In this document: piece after piece, positions 30,319 to 48,327 of the stretch
Numbering within the stretch: position 1 is the stretch's first letter
Layout: each line of letters begins with the position of its first letter
Notes under the pieces: model-generated
What the model was told of the DNA's origin: nothing
What the model saw: only the letters and a program-made list of their open reading frames with translations
The model's database searches: none
Program-made: the position numbers and the translations under genes
Source: an uncultured Chloroflexia bacterium
GTDB lineage: Bacteria > Chloroflexota > Limnocylindria > Limnocylindrales > CSP1-4
Length of the DNA: 64,000 nucleotides
Direction: 5' to 3'
NCBI GenBank assembly: GCA_963713975.1
Contig: OY970218.1
Coordinates: forward strand, 992,001-1,056,000

Positions 30319-31641
30319 TCAGGCTTCCGACGCCGGCCCCCGACCGGGCCCACCGGCGGCAATCGCCTTCGCCTCCGCCTCCGCCTTGGGCACAGACCAC
30401 GCCAGGAGGTACGGCGCCACCACCGTCGTCAGGACCACCGCGATCACCATCACGGCGAACAGGTTCTCATCCACCACGCCCGTCACGAGCGCAAGGGTGG
30501 CGACCACGATGCCGACCTCGCCCCTGGGCACCATTCCGAACCCGACCGTGGCGGCGCTCCAGCGCCCGATGGAGCGGGCCCCGATCAGGCCACCGACCGC
30601 CTTGGTGATCACGCCGATCACGGCCAGGGTGACGGCGATCGCCGCGACGGCGGGGTCGAGCAGCACTGACAGATCGAGCTGTGAGCCGGTGACGGCAAAG
30701 AAGAACGGAACGAAGATCGACGCCAAAGGCTCGATGTCGCGCTCGAGCTCCTCGGAGGCCTCGGTCTCGGCGACGATCAGCCCGGCGACGAACGCTCCGA
30801 TGATGGCAGCGAGGCCGACTCCGGTCGCGAGCAACGCGATGGCCAGCATGATCAGGAACGCGGGGACGAGCGGCGTGTCGGCGAACAGCGGCCAGGTGAA
30901 CACGCTCGATGGCAGGCCGCGGGCGCGGCGGGCGACCGCGAACCCGAGGATCACGAGGCCGATCCCCGCGACGCCCACGAGGAGCGTGCCTGCCGACAGG
31001 TCACCATTGGCCGCGCCGCCCGCCAGGCCGATTAGGATGAGCGCGAGGATGTCGTCGACCAGCGCCGCCCCGATCACGACCTTCGCGAACGTCCGGTCCA
31101 TGACGCCCATGTCGCGCAGGACCCGGCTGGTGATGCCGATGCTGGTGGCGGCAAGGGCAAGGCCCACGAAGAACGAGGCGCCGGGAGTCTCGCCCAGGGC
31201 TGCGGCGAGCGCGAACCCGCCGATGATAGGCAGGATCATCGCGGTGATGGCGGTGAGGACGGCCGGCTTGCCCACCTTGAGCAGGTCGTCGGTGCGGACT
31301 TCGAGACCGACCGAGAACAGCAGGATCACGACGCCCAGCTCGGCGAAGGTGAGGGCTGTCTCGCCCGGCTGGACGAGACCCAACCCGAACGGGCCCACGA
31401 TGAAGCCACCCAGCAGCTCGCCCACAACGCCGGGCTGCCCGAGCCGGCGCATGATCTCCTCGCCGATCTTGGCGGCCAGCAACAGGATGAACAGCCCGGC
31501 GATGATCTGGGTGATCTCATCGCCTCCCGCCGCCGGGGCCGCGGCACCGGGCCCGCCGGACGGGGCGGCAGCCCCGAGTGCCGTGGGGGCGAGCAGCAGG
31601 ACGCCTATGGCAGCGAGCGCGAGCACGACCCAGCGCGCCAT
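30319..31641 (-). CDS. Cation:proton antiporter (CPA2)
   Basis: VVGELLGG, LFSVGLE, ATSIGIT, DDIL, MVPRGEV. Confidence 0.9.
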   Translation of the reverse strand: MARWVVLALAAIGVLLLAPTALGAAAPSGGPGAAAPAAGGDEITQIIAGLFILLLAAKIGEEIMRRLGQPGVVGELLGGFIVGPFGLGLVQPGETALTFAELGVVILLFSVGLEVRTDDLLKVGKPAVLTAITAMILPIIGGFALAAALGETPGASFFVGLALAATSIGITSRVLRDMGVMDRTFAKVVIGAALVDDILALILIGLAGGAANGDLSAGTLLVGVAGIGLVILGFAVARRARGLPSSVFTWPLFADTPLVPAFLIMLAIALLATGVGLAAIIGAFVAGLIVAETEASEELERDIEPLASIFVPFFFAVTGSQLDLSVLLDPAVAAIAVTLAVIGVITKAVGGLIGARSIGRWSAATVGFGMVPRGEVGIVVATLALVTGVVDENLFAVMVIAVVLTTVVAPYLLAWSVPKAEAEAKAIAAGGPGRGPASEA

Positions 31642-31694
31642 CCGCCGGCGGGGCCCTGCCTGGTTCTGGCGGGCAGAGTGCCGCCTCGTGGGCG

Positions 31695-32854
31695 CTACCA
31701 CTCGGCGCGATGCTGGCGGATGTTGATGCTCTGCATCACCCCGAGCCCGATGGCCAGGCTGATCAGGGATGCGCCGCCGTGCGTGATGAACGGCAGCGGG
31801 ATCCCCGTCACGGGCAGGATCCCGATGACCATGCCCACGTTCACGAACACCTGGAACAGGATCATCGTCGCAAGTCCGGCGCCGAACAGCGTGCCGAATG
31901 GGTCGCGGGACCGCCACGCGCACGAGATGATCCGCCACAGCAGCGCCGCAAACAGCCCGAACACCACCAGCGCGCCGAGGAGCCCGAGCTCCTGGGCGAG
32001 CACGGCGAACACGAAGTCGGACTCCTGAACCGGAAGGAATCCGCCCGGAGGTGGCTGCCGTTCGTGAGACCGGTTCCCAGCAGGCCGCCGGAGCTGACCG
32101 TGATCTGGGACTGGGCGACCTGCCAACCCGCGCCCTGCGTATCCGCGGTGGGGCTGATGAACGACAGGATGCGGTCCTTCTGGTAGTCGCGCAGCACGTA
32201 GCTCCAGACGATGGGAATGGCCGCCAGGACGACCAACGCGATCGCCACCAGCCAGCGCAGGCTGGCTCCGGACATGAACAGCATCCCGCCGAGGATCGCG
32301 AGGAGCACGAGGCTGGTGCCGAGGTCGGGCTGCATCATGACGAGCGCCCACGCCGGGATCATCAGGAGACACGCACCCAGGATCGACCACAGCGAGTCGA
32401 GGCGGCCCTCGCGATTGCCGAGATACGCGGCCAGGACCGTGATCATCAGGATCTTGGCGAGCTCGGAGAACTGGAACTGGAACGGCCCGAAGCTCACCCA
32501 GCGAGCGGATCCGCCGACGCCGTCGCCGATGAGGAGGGTCAGCACGAGCAGCCCGATGTTGACGAGGTAGATCGGCCAGGCCAGCGTCTTGAGCCACCGG
32601 TAGTCGAACGCCGTCATGATCATGAACACGACCATCGCGAGGCCGGTCCACATCAGCGCCCGCTGGAACACGGTTCCACCCTCGAGCACGGACTGGCCGG
32701 CCTCAACGCTGTTCGTGTACGCCATAGCGAGGCCCACCGCCGCGAGCAGCGCCGCGAACACAGTGAGCTGGAGGTCGTAGGCGCGCCAGACTGCACCGAC
32801 GGCCTTCGAGGTCGAGTCGGCGAAACGCCCGGGTTCGGCCCGCATCACGCGCAT
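31695..32854 (-). pseudogene. rodA: Rod shape-determining protein RodA (SEDS), frameshifted near 32045-32060
   Basis: N-terminal part in ORF 31862..33082 (QFSELAK, QPDLGT); C-terminal part in ORF 31695..32651 (FLPVQESDF, PVTGIPLPFITHGG); one base missing; may be a sequencing error. Confidence 0.85.
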
Positions 32855-32865
32855 TCGAGCCCGCC

Positions 32866-34767
32866 CTAGTTGCTCTGGTAGAAGTTGCCGCGCCGCAGCA
32901 GGTCGCGGTTGAGGTAGTCCTTCTTGATATCGAAATGCAGCTGCAGGAAGGCTTTGGCGATCTCCGTCCCCGCGTTTCCCTTGGTCCGCGAGTCGTAGGC
33001 GAAGGCCAGGAACGCGAGCTGGGAATCGGTCTTCGTGAAGTCGGCCTTGTACGGGTTCTTGGGCACGAAGCCGACGAACCACGAGTGGAATGGCAGACGG
33101 CCCTTCTTGTCGCGAGTGCCGAACTCCGCCGTACCCGACTTGCCGGCCACCTTCACGGGCATATCGACGAGGTTGTAGGTGTGGCGGAGAGTGACGGTCG
33201 AGCGCGCGGCGAGACGCATCGCCCGCAATGTCTTCTGCGACACCTTCATCTTGCGAATCAGATCAGGCTTGAACGAGGTGACGACCTCCCCATCGGGTCC
33301 CACGATCTCGCGCACGATCTGCGGCCGGTAGAGCTTGCCGCCGTTCGCCAGCGCGGTGTAAGCGTTGATCAACTGGATCGGCGTGACGACGTCGTAGCCC
33401 TGCCCAATGCCGGCCTGGTAGACCTCACCCGGGAACATCGGCTGGCCGAGCGCCTCGATCTTCCACTGGTTGGACGGCACGATCCCGGAGACCTCGCCGG
33501 GCAGGTCGATTCCGGTGGTATTTCCGAACCCGTACATGCGGGCCCAGTACGCCAGGCGATCCGCGCCCAGCATGCCTGCCAGCTGGAAGAAGTACGTGTC
33601 CGACGAGTGGCCGAAGCCGCAGTTCATATCGCACAGGCCGAAGCCGCGTCGGTTCCAGTCGTAGAAGCGCGAAGCGCCCAGCGTCAGGTAGCCGCGGGTG
33701 CGGATCTTGGTCGTGGGCGTAATCTTGCCGTCCTGGATGGCGCCCGTCCCGGCGACCAGCTTGTACGTCGAACCCGGCGGGTAGTGGGCCTGGACCGCGT
33801 GATTGGTCAACGGCTTGTCGGGGTTCTTGAGCAGCGCCTGGAAGTCCTTGTTGGAGATACCGCGGGCGAAGAGGTTGTTGTCGTAGGTGGGCAGGCTAAC
33901 TAGCGCCAGCACCTCGCCCGTCTGCGGGTTCATCACGATGAACACGCCCCGCTTGAGGCCGGCCGCCTTCATGCCCCACTTGAGGGCCTGGGTAGCCTCA
34001 CGCTGGATCGTCTGATCGATGGTGAGTTTGAGCGAGGCACCAGGCACGGCGTCCTGGGTGGTCTGGAGCACCTGGATGTCCTTGCCGGTCGCGTCCTTCT
34101 CGACGACCTGGACGCCATATGTGCCGCGGAGCTCGCTTTCGAACGTCGACTCGACGCCGGCCTTGCCGATCATGTCGTCGGCGAGATATCCGTCGGCCCT
34201 CAGCCGGCTGTACGTTCCACCGTCGATCGGCCCCGTGTAGCCCAGGATGTGGGCCAGCAGCGGGCCATCGGGGTACTCGCGACGGGTCTCCACGACCACA
34301 TGCACGCCCGGCAGCTGGTCGGAGGACTCGGAGACGAGGTGCGCCGTGTCCTCCGGGACGTCCTGGGCAATGCGCACCGGGTCGAAGCGGGACCCGGGGG
34401 CGCTGTCGAGCGTGGCCAGGATGTCCGAGGCCTCCATGCCCAGCATGCCCGAAAGACGCTGTGCCACATCCCCACGCTCGTCGAACGGGAGGTCCGACGG
34501 GGTGATCTTGACGGCGAAGGTCGCGACGTTGGCGACGAGAAGCCTGCCGGTGCGGTCGTAGATCAGGCCTCGCGGAGCGGGGATCGCCTCATCGGCCGTC
34601 CGCTGTGCTTCCGCGCGGGCCGCAGACGCCTGGCCACTCGTGATCTGGAGGTAGGCCAGGCGCGAGGTGAGGGTGCCGAACACGAGGATCGCGGCAATCC
34701 CGAACACGAGGAAACGGATCGGACGTCGATCCCGCTCGCGGTTGGGGGTGAGGAAGGTGTCGCTCAC
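32866..34767 (-). CDS. mrdA: Penicillin-binding protein 2
   Basis: APRGLIYDR; STYK (SxxK), SSD, KSGTA; lies between mreD and rodA. Confidence 0.93.
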   Translation of the reverse strand: MSDTFLTPNRERDRRPIRFLVFGIAAILVFGTLTSRLAYLQITSGQASAARAEAQRTADEAIPAPRGLIYDRTGRLLVANVATFAVKITPSDLPFDERGDVAQRLSGMLGMEASDILATLDSAPGSRFDPVRIAQDVPEDTAHLVSESSDQLPGVHVVVETRREYPDGPLLAHILGYTGPIDGGTYSRLRADGYLADDMIGKAGVESTFESELRGTYGVQVVEKDATGKDIQVLQTTQDAVPGASLKLTIDQTIQREATQALKWGMKAAGLKRGVFIVMNPQTGEVLALVSLPTYDNNLFARGISNKDFQALLKNPDKPLTNHAVQAHYPPGSTYKLVAGTGAIQDGKITPTTKIRTRGYLTLGASRFYDWNRRGFGLCDMNCGFGHSSDTYFFQLAGMLGADRLAYWARMYGFGNTTGIDLPGEVSGIVPSNQWKIEALGQPMFPGEVYQAGIGQGYDVVTPIQLINAYTALANGGKLYRPQIVREIVGPDGEVVTSFKPDLIRKMKVSQKTLRAMRLAARSTVTLRHTYNLVDMPVKVAGKSGTAEFGTRDKKGRLPFHSWFVGFVPKNPYKADFTKTDSQLAFLAFAYDSRTKGNAGTEIAKAFLQLHFDIKKDYLNRDLLRRGNFYQSN

Positions 34768-35264
34768 CAGTCTGGCCGCTCCGCGGCGCGACGTCGCATG
34801 ACGACGGCGACGGTCAGCGGACCGACGGCCGCCGCAAGCACGGTGTCGTAGACAGCGCTGGGCACGATCGTGTCCAGGGCGGCCGACGAGATCGTGGCGG
34901 CGGTCAGAGCTGTTGTCGCGACAAGAAGAAGCATGGAGTAGACCGGACTTGCGATGGCTGTGGCGATGATGGGGGCAACGATCCGGACTCGATCCAGGAA
35001 GCCGCCGATGACGGATGCGAGGCCGATGGCGATGAGCATCGCGAATGCGGAGCTGCCGAGCGGTCGCTGCCCCAGGACGTCAAGGGCAAGCCCTCCGACG
35101 AGGGCCCAGACCAAGGCCGCCTCCAGGGTTCCAGCGATCACCCAGACGACGCCGAAGACCAGCACCACGTGCGGTACCGCATCGCCGATCTTCATGTATG
35201 GGACGATGGTGAACTCTGCAAGCGCGGCCACCACGGACAGCGCCGCGGCGATGAGAAGTTGCAT
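34764..35264 (-). CDS. mreD: Rod shape-determining protein MreD
   Basis: Hydrophobic 166 aa; PHVVLV and GGLALDVLG...PLGSS; overlaps the mrdA start. Confidence 0.8.
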   Translation of the reverse strand: MQLLIAAALSVVAALAEFTIVPYMKIGDAVPHVVLVFGVVWVIAGTLEAALVWALVGGLALDVLGQRPLGSSAFAMLIAIGLASVIGGFLDRVRIVAPIIATAIASPVYSMLLLVATTALTAATISSAALDTIVPSAVYDTVLAAAVGPLTVAVVMRRRAAERPDW

Positions 35265-35487
35265 CAGGGTGTTCGAACCTCGGCTGACGAGCCGACGGTC
35301 GGGAGCACGGCGATGGCGACCGCGACGACGGGTGACAGCTAGCGCGACCAGAAGTATCCCATCTCCCCTCGGAACGGGCAATCGCGGAGATGGTGAAGAC
35401 GGGGTTGCGGGTCCTGCACTGGCAGTACCGGCGATGAGCGCTATCGGGATTCGCGCGCTAGCCGGAATGGCGGATCCCGCCCGGGAA

Positions 35488-35503
35488 CGTTTCACGTGAA
35501 ACA
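35488..35503. promoter_or_regulatory. parS site 1
   Basis: CGTTTCACGTGAAACA, canonical ParB-binding palindrome upstream of parAB. Confidence 0.93.
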
Positions 35504-35659
35504 CCACGTCCACGGCTCCATCCTCGGGGCCGGCCGACCGGCAGCGTCAGATCCGGAACGACCGGCGAGCGGTCCGGCAGGTGGCGGTGGTCCGAGAGGT
35601 GGCATCGAGGCTGGCGCGGCGATGGCGCCCCTGTCGGGACCGGAAACCGCGAACGGCGA

Positions 35660-35675
35660 CGTTTCACGTGAAACA
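35660..35675. promoter_or_regulatory. parS site 2
   Basis: CGTTTCACGTGAAACA, identical to site 1. Confidence 0.93.
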
Positions 35676-35787
35676 CCCACGTGGCGAATGACTGCGGGCG
35701 TCCGATGAGTCGCCGGTAAGTGGTTTCGCGCATCCTCGGGAGTGACCGGACGCGGCACCCGTCCAAGCCCGGTCCAAGGGGCCTCGA

Positions 35788-35796
35788 TGCTAGAAT
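35788..35796 (+). promoter_or_regulatory. Extended -10 promoter element of parA
   Basis: TGCTAGAAT about 35 nt upstream of the GTG start, with a GGAGG RBS. Confidence 0.5.
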
Positions 35797-35831
35797 TGGA
35801 GTTCATGATCAAGCTTCGGAGTGGAGGCTGA

Positions 35832-36625
35832 GTGGGCCAGACGATCGCCTGCACAAATCAGAAGGGCGGCGTCGGGAAGACCACCACAGTGGTCAATCTC
35901 GCAACCTATCTGGCTCTGCTAGGTGACCGCGTCCTCGTCATCGACCTCGATCCCCAGGGCAACGCCTCGAGCGGCTTCGGGATCGAGCGTGCTTCCCTCG
36001 AGGGATCCGTCTACGACGCGCTCGTCGACGATCGGCCCCTCGCGACGCTCCACGTTGAGACCCCGGTTCCCGGACTGCGGCTGGTCCCATCGTCGATCGC
36101 CCTCGCGGGCGCCGAGATCGAGCTCGCCGGCGAGGCGGGTCGGGAGCACCGGCTCGGGCGCGTGCTCCAGGCCGAGCGGGATGCCTGGGACTGGATCCTC
36201 GTGGACTGCCCGCCGTCTCTCGGGCTGCTGACGGTCAACGCGCTGACCGGCACCGATGCCGTCCTGATCCCGATCCAGTGCGAGTACTACGCGCTCGAGG
36301 GCCTGACGCAGCTGATCGCGACCATCAACCTCGTGCGAGACCACCTGAACCCCGACCTGGCGATCTCCGGAGTGCTCCTGACCATGTTCGACGCCCGCAC
36401 GAACCTGTCCGCGGAGGTCGCCGGTGAGGTTCGACGGCACCTTGGCGATGCCGTCTTCCGGACGGTCGTCCCCCGCAGCGTCCGCCTCTCGGAGGCACCC
36501 AGCCACGGACTTCCGATCGCCCTGTATCGACCGGAGTCCAAGGGTGCCGAGGCATACCTGGCGCTGGCCGGCGAGCTGCGAGCACGTCGCGGACTCGGGG
36601 CTGCCGGCATCAGCGGAGCCGTCGC

Positions 36626-36629
<4 letters not shown>
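35832..36629 (+). CDS. parA: ParA/Soj ATPase
   Basis: NQKGGVGKTT, DLDPQGN, DCPPSLG. Confidence 0.96.
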
Positions 36630-39981
<3,352 letters not shown>

Positions 39982-39985
<4 letters not shown>

Positions 39986-40962
39986 CGACCGCGGCCACGC
40001 TGAGCCCCGCCACGGAACGAGCGCACACGTTCGTCGCCGCAAGGCTGGACGACGCCGCGGCGCTTGGCCGGGCCGCCGGCGATCTCGTGCACGATCCCGC
40101 CGCCCTGGTGGCCGCCCTGCGGACCGGTCTGGCCCCCCTTGCCGACCCGGAGTACCTCGTCGGTCAGCGCCTGGTCGCTCCCGGACTCGGACCGGTGCTC
40201 GGCGTGCGCACACCACTCCTCGGGGCCGTCGGCCGCGGCCTGCGCACGGCCACGCGCGGGGACCGGCCGACGACGGTGCTGGACATCGCCGCAGCGATGC
40301 TCCGGGAGCCACTGGCTGAGCTCCGCTGGCTCGCCATCGATCTGCTCGAGCGGACCGTTGCGCCCGAGCCCGAGCTGACCTGGCAGCTGGTGCGATCCAC
40401 CGCCGGCCGGGCGACCGAATGGGTCACTGTCGACCGGCTTGCCCATGTCGCCGGCCGAGGGATCCTCGACGAGCCATATCGCTGGGCCGAGCTGGAGCAG
40501 CTCGTGTACTCGCCATCACGCTGGGAGCGGCGCCTCGTCGGATCCACCGTGGCCACGATCCCGTTCGTGGACCGGACCGCGGGTCGCACGCCCGAGGTGG
40601 CCCGTCGCGGCCTGGCCCTCGTGGGCGACCTCGTCGGCGACGCGGAACCGGACGTCCAGAAGTCGCTCTCCTGGGCGCTGCGGACCATGGCCCAGATCGA
40701 TCCGCCCGGCACGGTGGCGCTTCTGCGATCGGAGGCGGCTCGAGCGGCATCGTCCGCCGACGGCCACCGCGCCTGGGTGATCCGAGACACGTTCCCCAAG
40801 CTGCCGGCGCCCATCCGGGACGAGCTCGCAGCCATCCTCGCCGGGATCCGCAAGCGCCCCGGCGCCCCGTCGACGTCCCGTGCCTCGGCGACCGCCGCCG
40901 ATTTCCTCGCGTTCGGCGGCGGGGTCCCGCCCGCGGAGCGCACCGTCATCGACCGAACCTGA
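39982..40962 (+). CDS. DNA alkylation repair (AlkD-like HEAT-repeat) protein
   Basis: GVRTP, WVTVD, WERR, VQKSLSWALR. Confidence 0.78.
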
Positions 40963-41005
40963 CCGGGCTGCCTGACGACCCGACCGACCGGAGGAGAGCC
41001 ACCAC

Positions 41006-43579
41006 GTGACCGACAACCTGGGCGACGTCCGAGCCATCCGCATCGAAGACGAGATGCGTGTCTCGTACCTCGACTACGCGATGAGCGTCATCGTCGCTCG
41101 CGCGCTGCCGGACGTCCGCGACGGCCTCAAGCCGGTGCACCGGCGGATCCTGTACACGATGGGCGAGATGGGGCTCTCTGCCACGAGCTCCTACCGCAAG
41201 TGCGCGGCCATCGTCGGCGAGGTGATGGGCAAGTACCACCCGCACGGCGACGTCGCGCTCTACGACGCGCTGGTCCGGCTGGCCCAGGACTTCTCCCTCC
41301 GTTACCCCTTGGTTGATGGGCAGGGCAACTTCGGCTCGATCGACGGCGACTCCGCCGCCGCGATGCGGTACACCGAGGCCCGACTCACCGCGATCTCCGC
41401 GGAGATGCTCGCGGACATCGACAAGGACACGGTCGACTACACCGACAACTACGACGGCACCCAGAAGGAGCCGACGGTCCTGCCGGCCAAGCTGCCGAAC
41501 CTGCTGATCAACGGCTCATCGGGGATTGCGGTCGGCATGGCCACCAACATCCCGCCCCACCACCTGGGTGAGGTTGCCGACGCGACGGTCGCGCTGATCG
41601 ACGATCCCTCGATCACTAACGACGACCTGTGCGGCATCGTCCGCGGTCCGGACTTCCCGACCGGTGCCTCGATCTTCCGCTACGAGACGCGGCGCAACGC
41701 GCTGACCGGCGAGCAGGAGACGATCGACGCCATCCGCGAGATGTACGCCCACGGCCACGGGCGCGTCGTGATGCGGGCACAGGTGGCGTTCGAGGAGAGC
41801 CGCCAGGACCGGACGGCGATCATCGTCACCGAGCTGCCGTACCAGGTGAACAAGGCCAACCTGCTCGAGAAGATCGCCGACCTGGTCAAGGACAAGAAGC
41901 TCGACGGCATCTCGGACCTGCGCGACGAGTCGGACCGCGACGGGATGCGGATCTTCATCGAGGTCAAGCGGGATGCCAACCCCCACAAGGTGCTGAACAA
42001 CCTGTTCAAGCACACGGCTCTCCAGACGACCTTCAACCTCAACATGCTGGCGCTCGTCGACGGCCAGCCGCAGACTCTGTCCCTCAAGAGCGTCATCGGC
42101 CACTACGTCGAGCACCGGCGCGAGATCGTCCGCCGCCGCACCGAGTACGACCTCGAGAAGGCGCGGTCCCGGGCCCACATCCTCGAGGGGCTCAAGATCG
42201 CGCTCGACAACCTCGACGAGGTCATCAGGACGATCCGCGAGTCGGCCGACGTCGAGCGAGCCCGCAACAACCTCATGACCCGCTTCGGGCTGTCCGAGCT
42301 GCAGGCCCAGGCAATCCTGGACATGCGCCTCGCCCGCCTGGCCGCCCTCGAGCGCCAGAAGATCGAGGACGAGTACCTGGCCGTCATCCAGCTCATCGCC
42401 GAGCTGGAGGACATCCTGGGCAACCCGGCCCGCGTGCTGTCGATCATCAAGGACGAGCTGGCGGAGCTGAAGAAGAAGTACGCCGGCGAGCGCCGCACCC
42501 GCGTCGTGGACGACTCCAGCCGCGAGATGACCGACGAGGACCTGATCGCCGACGAGGACGTCGTCGTCACGATCAGCCGGCGCGGCTACATCAAGCGCCA
42601 GCCCGTGGCCACGTATCGCCGCCAGCACCGGGGCGGCAAGGGGATCATCGGCCACGTGACCCGCGAGGAGGATGCCGTCGAGCATCTCCTCGCCGCCAAC
42701 ACCCACGACTGGGCCCTGTTCTTCACGAACCGCGGCCGGGTGTTCTCGGCCAAGGTCCACGCGATCCCCGACGCGTCGCGCCAGGGCAAGGGGATGGCGA
42801 TCATCAACCTACCGGGCGTCCAGGTGGACTCCGGAGAGGTACCGGTGGCCACCATCTGCCTGCCGGACTTCGGGCCCGGCCACTACCTGGTCCTCGCGAC
42901 CCGGCGCGGCGTCATCAAGAAGACGCCGCTCGAGCAGTTCGAGCGGGTGCGCTCGACGGGCATCCGCGCGATCACCATCGCCGATGGCGACGAGCTGGCA
43001 TGGGTGTCAATCTCGTCCGGCGAGGACGACGTGATCATTGCCACCGCCCAGGGCATGCTCGCGCGCTTCTCAGAGGGCGAGGTCCGGGCGATGGGCCGCG
43101 ACGCCGGCGGGGTCATCGGCATCCGCCTGGCCCGCCTGGGGGACGCGGTGGTCTCAATGACCGTCGTGGAACCCGACGCCGAGCTGCTGGTCCTGTCCGA
43201 GACCGGGTACGGGAAGCGCGTGGCGCTCACGGAGTTCCGGCGCAAGCATCGGGGCGGTCAAGGCGTGCGCCTGATCGCGCTCGAGGGCCGGAAGACCGGC
43301 CTCGTCGCCGCGGTCCAGCAGGTGACCACCGAGGACGAGGAGCTGCTGCTGATCTCGTCCAACGGCCAGGTGATCCGCACCGACACCAACTCGATCAATC
43401 GCTATTCCGCCGCGGCCCGCGGCGTGATCGTGATGCGGCTGGGCGAGGGCGACACGGTCGCCGCCATCGCCGCCTTCCGGTCGGGGCTGGCGGAGCGTGG
43501 GGCCATCGGCGACAATGACGACCCCCAGCCCGACGGCGGCGCACCGGCGGGCGCGGGAACCGGACCAGCAGGCTCGTGA
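41006..43579 (+). CDS. gyrA: DNA gyrase subunit A
   Basis: YHPHGD, AAMRYTE, GyrA box QHRGGKG. Confidence 0.96.
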   Translation: MTDNLGDVRAIRIEDEMRVSYLDYAMSVIVARALPDVRDGLKPVHRRILYTMGEMGLSATSSYRKCAAIVGEVMGKYHPHGDVALYDALVRLAQDFSLRYPLVDGQGNFGSIDGDSAAAMRYTEARLTAISAEMLADIDKDTVDYTDNYDGTQKEPTVLPAKLPNLLINGSSGIAVGMATNIPPHHLGEVADATVALIDDPSITNDDLCGIVRGPDFPTGASIFRYETRRNALTGEQETIDAIREMYAHGHGRVVMRAQVAFEESRQDRTAIIVTELPYQVNKANLLEKIADLVKDKKLDGISDLRDESDRDGMRIFIEVKRDANPHKVLNNLFKHTALQTTFNLNMLALVDGQPQTLSLKSVIGHYVEHRREIVRRRTEYDLEKARSRAHILEGLKIALDNLDEVIRTIRESADVERARNNLMTRFGLSELQAQAILDMRLARLAALERQKIEDEYLAVIQLIAELEDILGNPARVLSIIKDELAELKKKYAGERRTRVVDDSSREMTDEDLIADEDVVVTISRRGYIKRQPVATYRRQHRGGKGIIGHVTREEDAVEHLLAANTHDWALFFTNRGRVFSAKVHAIPDASRQGKGMAIINLPGVQVDSGEVPVATICLPDFGPGHYLVLATRRGVIKKTPLEQFERVRSTGIRAITIADGDELAWVSISSGEDDVIIATAQGMLARFSEGEVRAMGRDAGGVIGIRLARLGDAVVSMTVVEPDAELLVLSETGYGKRVALTEFRRKHRGGQGVRLIALEGRKTGLVAAVQQVTTEDEELLLISSNGQVIRTDTNSINRYSAAARGVIVMRLGEGDTVAAIAAFRSGLAERGAIGDNDDPQPDGGAPAGAGTGPAGS

Positions 43580-44643
43580 TGACCGCCTTCGGCGCACGGG
43601 AGGCCGACGTGTACGCGGACCAGTACGAGATCTACCACGGGAACGCCAACCCGGAGCTGGCCCGGAAGATCGCGCATTGGCTCGCCAGCGAGCCCGGCCG
43701 CGCCGAGGTGTTCAGGTTCGCGAACGAGAACATCTTCGTCCGCATCCTGGACAACGTGCGCGAGAAGGACATCTTCCTGGTCCAGCCCACGTCGCGGCCC
43801 GTGAACCAGTCGATCATGGAGCTGCTGATCATGATCGACGCCTTCAAGCGGGCGTCTGCCGGGCGGATCACCGCCGTCGTGCCGTACTACGCCTACGGCC
43901 GCTCCGACAAGAAGGACCAGCCGCGCGTCCCGATCACCGCCCGGCTCATCGCCGACATGATCTCGGTGGCCGGCGCGGACCGGATGCTGACCATGGATCT
44001 CCACCAGGGCCAGATCCAGGGCTTCTTCAACATCCCCGTGGACGAGCTCACGGCGGTCCACATGCTCAGCCGCTACTTCCTGGACCGCGACCTCCAGGAC
44101 TGCGTGGTCGTCACCGATCTCGGCTTCGCCAAGCGCGCCCGGGCGTTCGCGGAGCTGCTGGATGCACCCCTGGCCATCGTCGAGAAGCGCCGCCACGGCA
44201 ACCTCGACCGGGCGGAGGTCGTCAACGTCATCGGCGAGGTCCGCGGCCGGCGCGTGATCATCGTGGACGACGAGATCGACACGGCCGGCACGCTCATCGA
44301 GATCACCCGCGCGCTCGAGAAGGAGGGCGTGCACGAGATCTACGCCTGCGCCACCCACGGCGTGCTGTCGGACCCGGCGATCGACCGGATCGCGAACTCC
44401 AGCCTGGCGGAGGTGGTGATCACGGACACGATCCCGCTCCCGGCCGACAAGCACATCCCCCAGCTGAGGGTCCTGTCCGTGGCGCCGCTCATCGGCGAGG
44501 CCATCAAGCGGATCCACCGCGGCGAGTCCGTGGGCGCCCTGTTCTCGTCCGAGCTGTCGTTCACCCAGGAGATGCTCCTGTGGGAGGACGGGGTGGGCGT
44601 GGCGATCGCCCCGACGGACGGTGACGGCGTACCATCATCCTGA
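43576..44643 (+). CDS. prs: Ribose-phosphate pyrophosphokinase
   Basis: [26 protein letters not shown]. Confidence 0.94.
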   Translation: MMTAFGAREADVYADQYEIYHGNANPELARKIAHWLASEPGRAEVFRFANENIFVRILDNVREKDIFLVQPTSRPVNQSIMELLIMIDAFKRASAGRITAVVPYYAYGRSDKKDQPRVPITARLIADMISVAGADRMLTMDLHQGQIQGFFNIPVDELTAVHMLSRYFLDRDLQDCVVVTDLGFAKRARAFAELLDAPLAIVEKRRHGNLDRAEVVNVIGEVRGRRVIIVDDEIDTAGTLIEITRALEKEGVHEIYACATHGVLSDPAIDRIANSSLAEVVITDTIPLPADKHIPQLRVLSVAPLIGEAIKRIHRGESVGALFSSELSFTQEMLLWEDGVGVAIAPTDGDGVPSS

Positions 44644-44684
44644 CCCCACCGGCGGGCGTCTGACCCGCCACCTCTCGGAGACGC

Positions 44685-44939
44685 ATGAGCCTGCAGCTGC
44701 ACAGCCCGGACGGCAAGGGGGGCCTCGAGGTCCGGCCCACGACCGAGGAGGGCTACCGGTCCACGCTGCGCAGCCCCCGCTGGGGCGCGGCGCTCAGGGG
44801 CGGCCGTCTGCCGGAGCTCTCGAACCCCGAGATGAACCCCACGTCGACCGCCCGGTCGGTGGCGTTCTGGGGCGTCCTCGGCCTGATCACCTTCGGGATC
44901 ATCGTCGCGGGCTACGGCACCGGCCTCTGGACCCTCTGA
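44685..44939 (+). CDS. Small membrane protein
   Basis: GGAG RBS, ATG, single C-terminal TM helix. Confidence 0.65.
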   Translation: MSLQLHSPDGKGGLEVRPTTEEGYRSTLRSPRWGAALRGGRLPELSNPEMNPTSTARSVAFWGVLGLITFGIIVAGYGTGLWTL

Positions 44940-44982
44940 GGCGCGGGAACCAGAACACGATCCCAGGCGTCCGGAGGGCACC

Positions 44983-45228
44983 ATGCAGCGGATCCTGATC
45001 TGCACCGGCGTCCTCGGCGGGGGTACCGCCATCGTCTTCCTCCTGGCCGCGATGACAGCCGCCCTGTTTCCCAACGGGACGATGGTCAACGCGGGCTGGA
45101 ACGGCGGCTGGGCGAAGGGCGGCATGGAGGTCGTGGTCGAGGCGCAGCCTCCCATGATCATGCCGGCCGACGGCGGCCCGATCCCCGGAGGCCTGGACGT
45201 CGTGGTCGATGGCGTGCAAGAGAAGTAG
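44983..45228 (+). CDS. Small membrane/secreted protein
   Basis: GGAGGG RBS, N-terminal hydrophobic helix. Confidence 0.6.
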   Translation: MQRILICTGVLGGGTAIVFLLAAMTAALFPNGTMVNAGWNGGWAKGGMEVVVEAQPPMIMPADGGPIPGGLDVVVDGVQEK

Positions 45229-45318
45229 CCGCGGCAGACCGATGCGGCCGCGAGCACCCGAGCCTCGGCTGTCGCGATAACCGGGCTCACCGGCCCTCCA
45301 CCCTATACTCAGCCGGCC

Positions 45319-48323
<3,005 letters not shown>

Positions 48324-48327
<4 letters not shown>

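Noticed and set aside
32030-32070. Programmed frameshift in rodA
   Set aside because: No slippery sequence or stimulatory element seen; an error or mutation is more likely.
35265-35831. oriC in the parS-containing intergenic region
   Set aside because: No DnaA-box cluster or AT-rich unwinding element seen.
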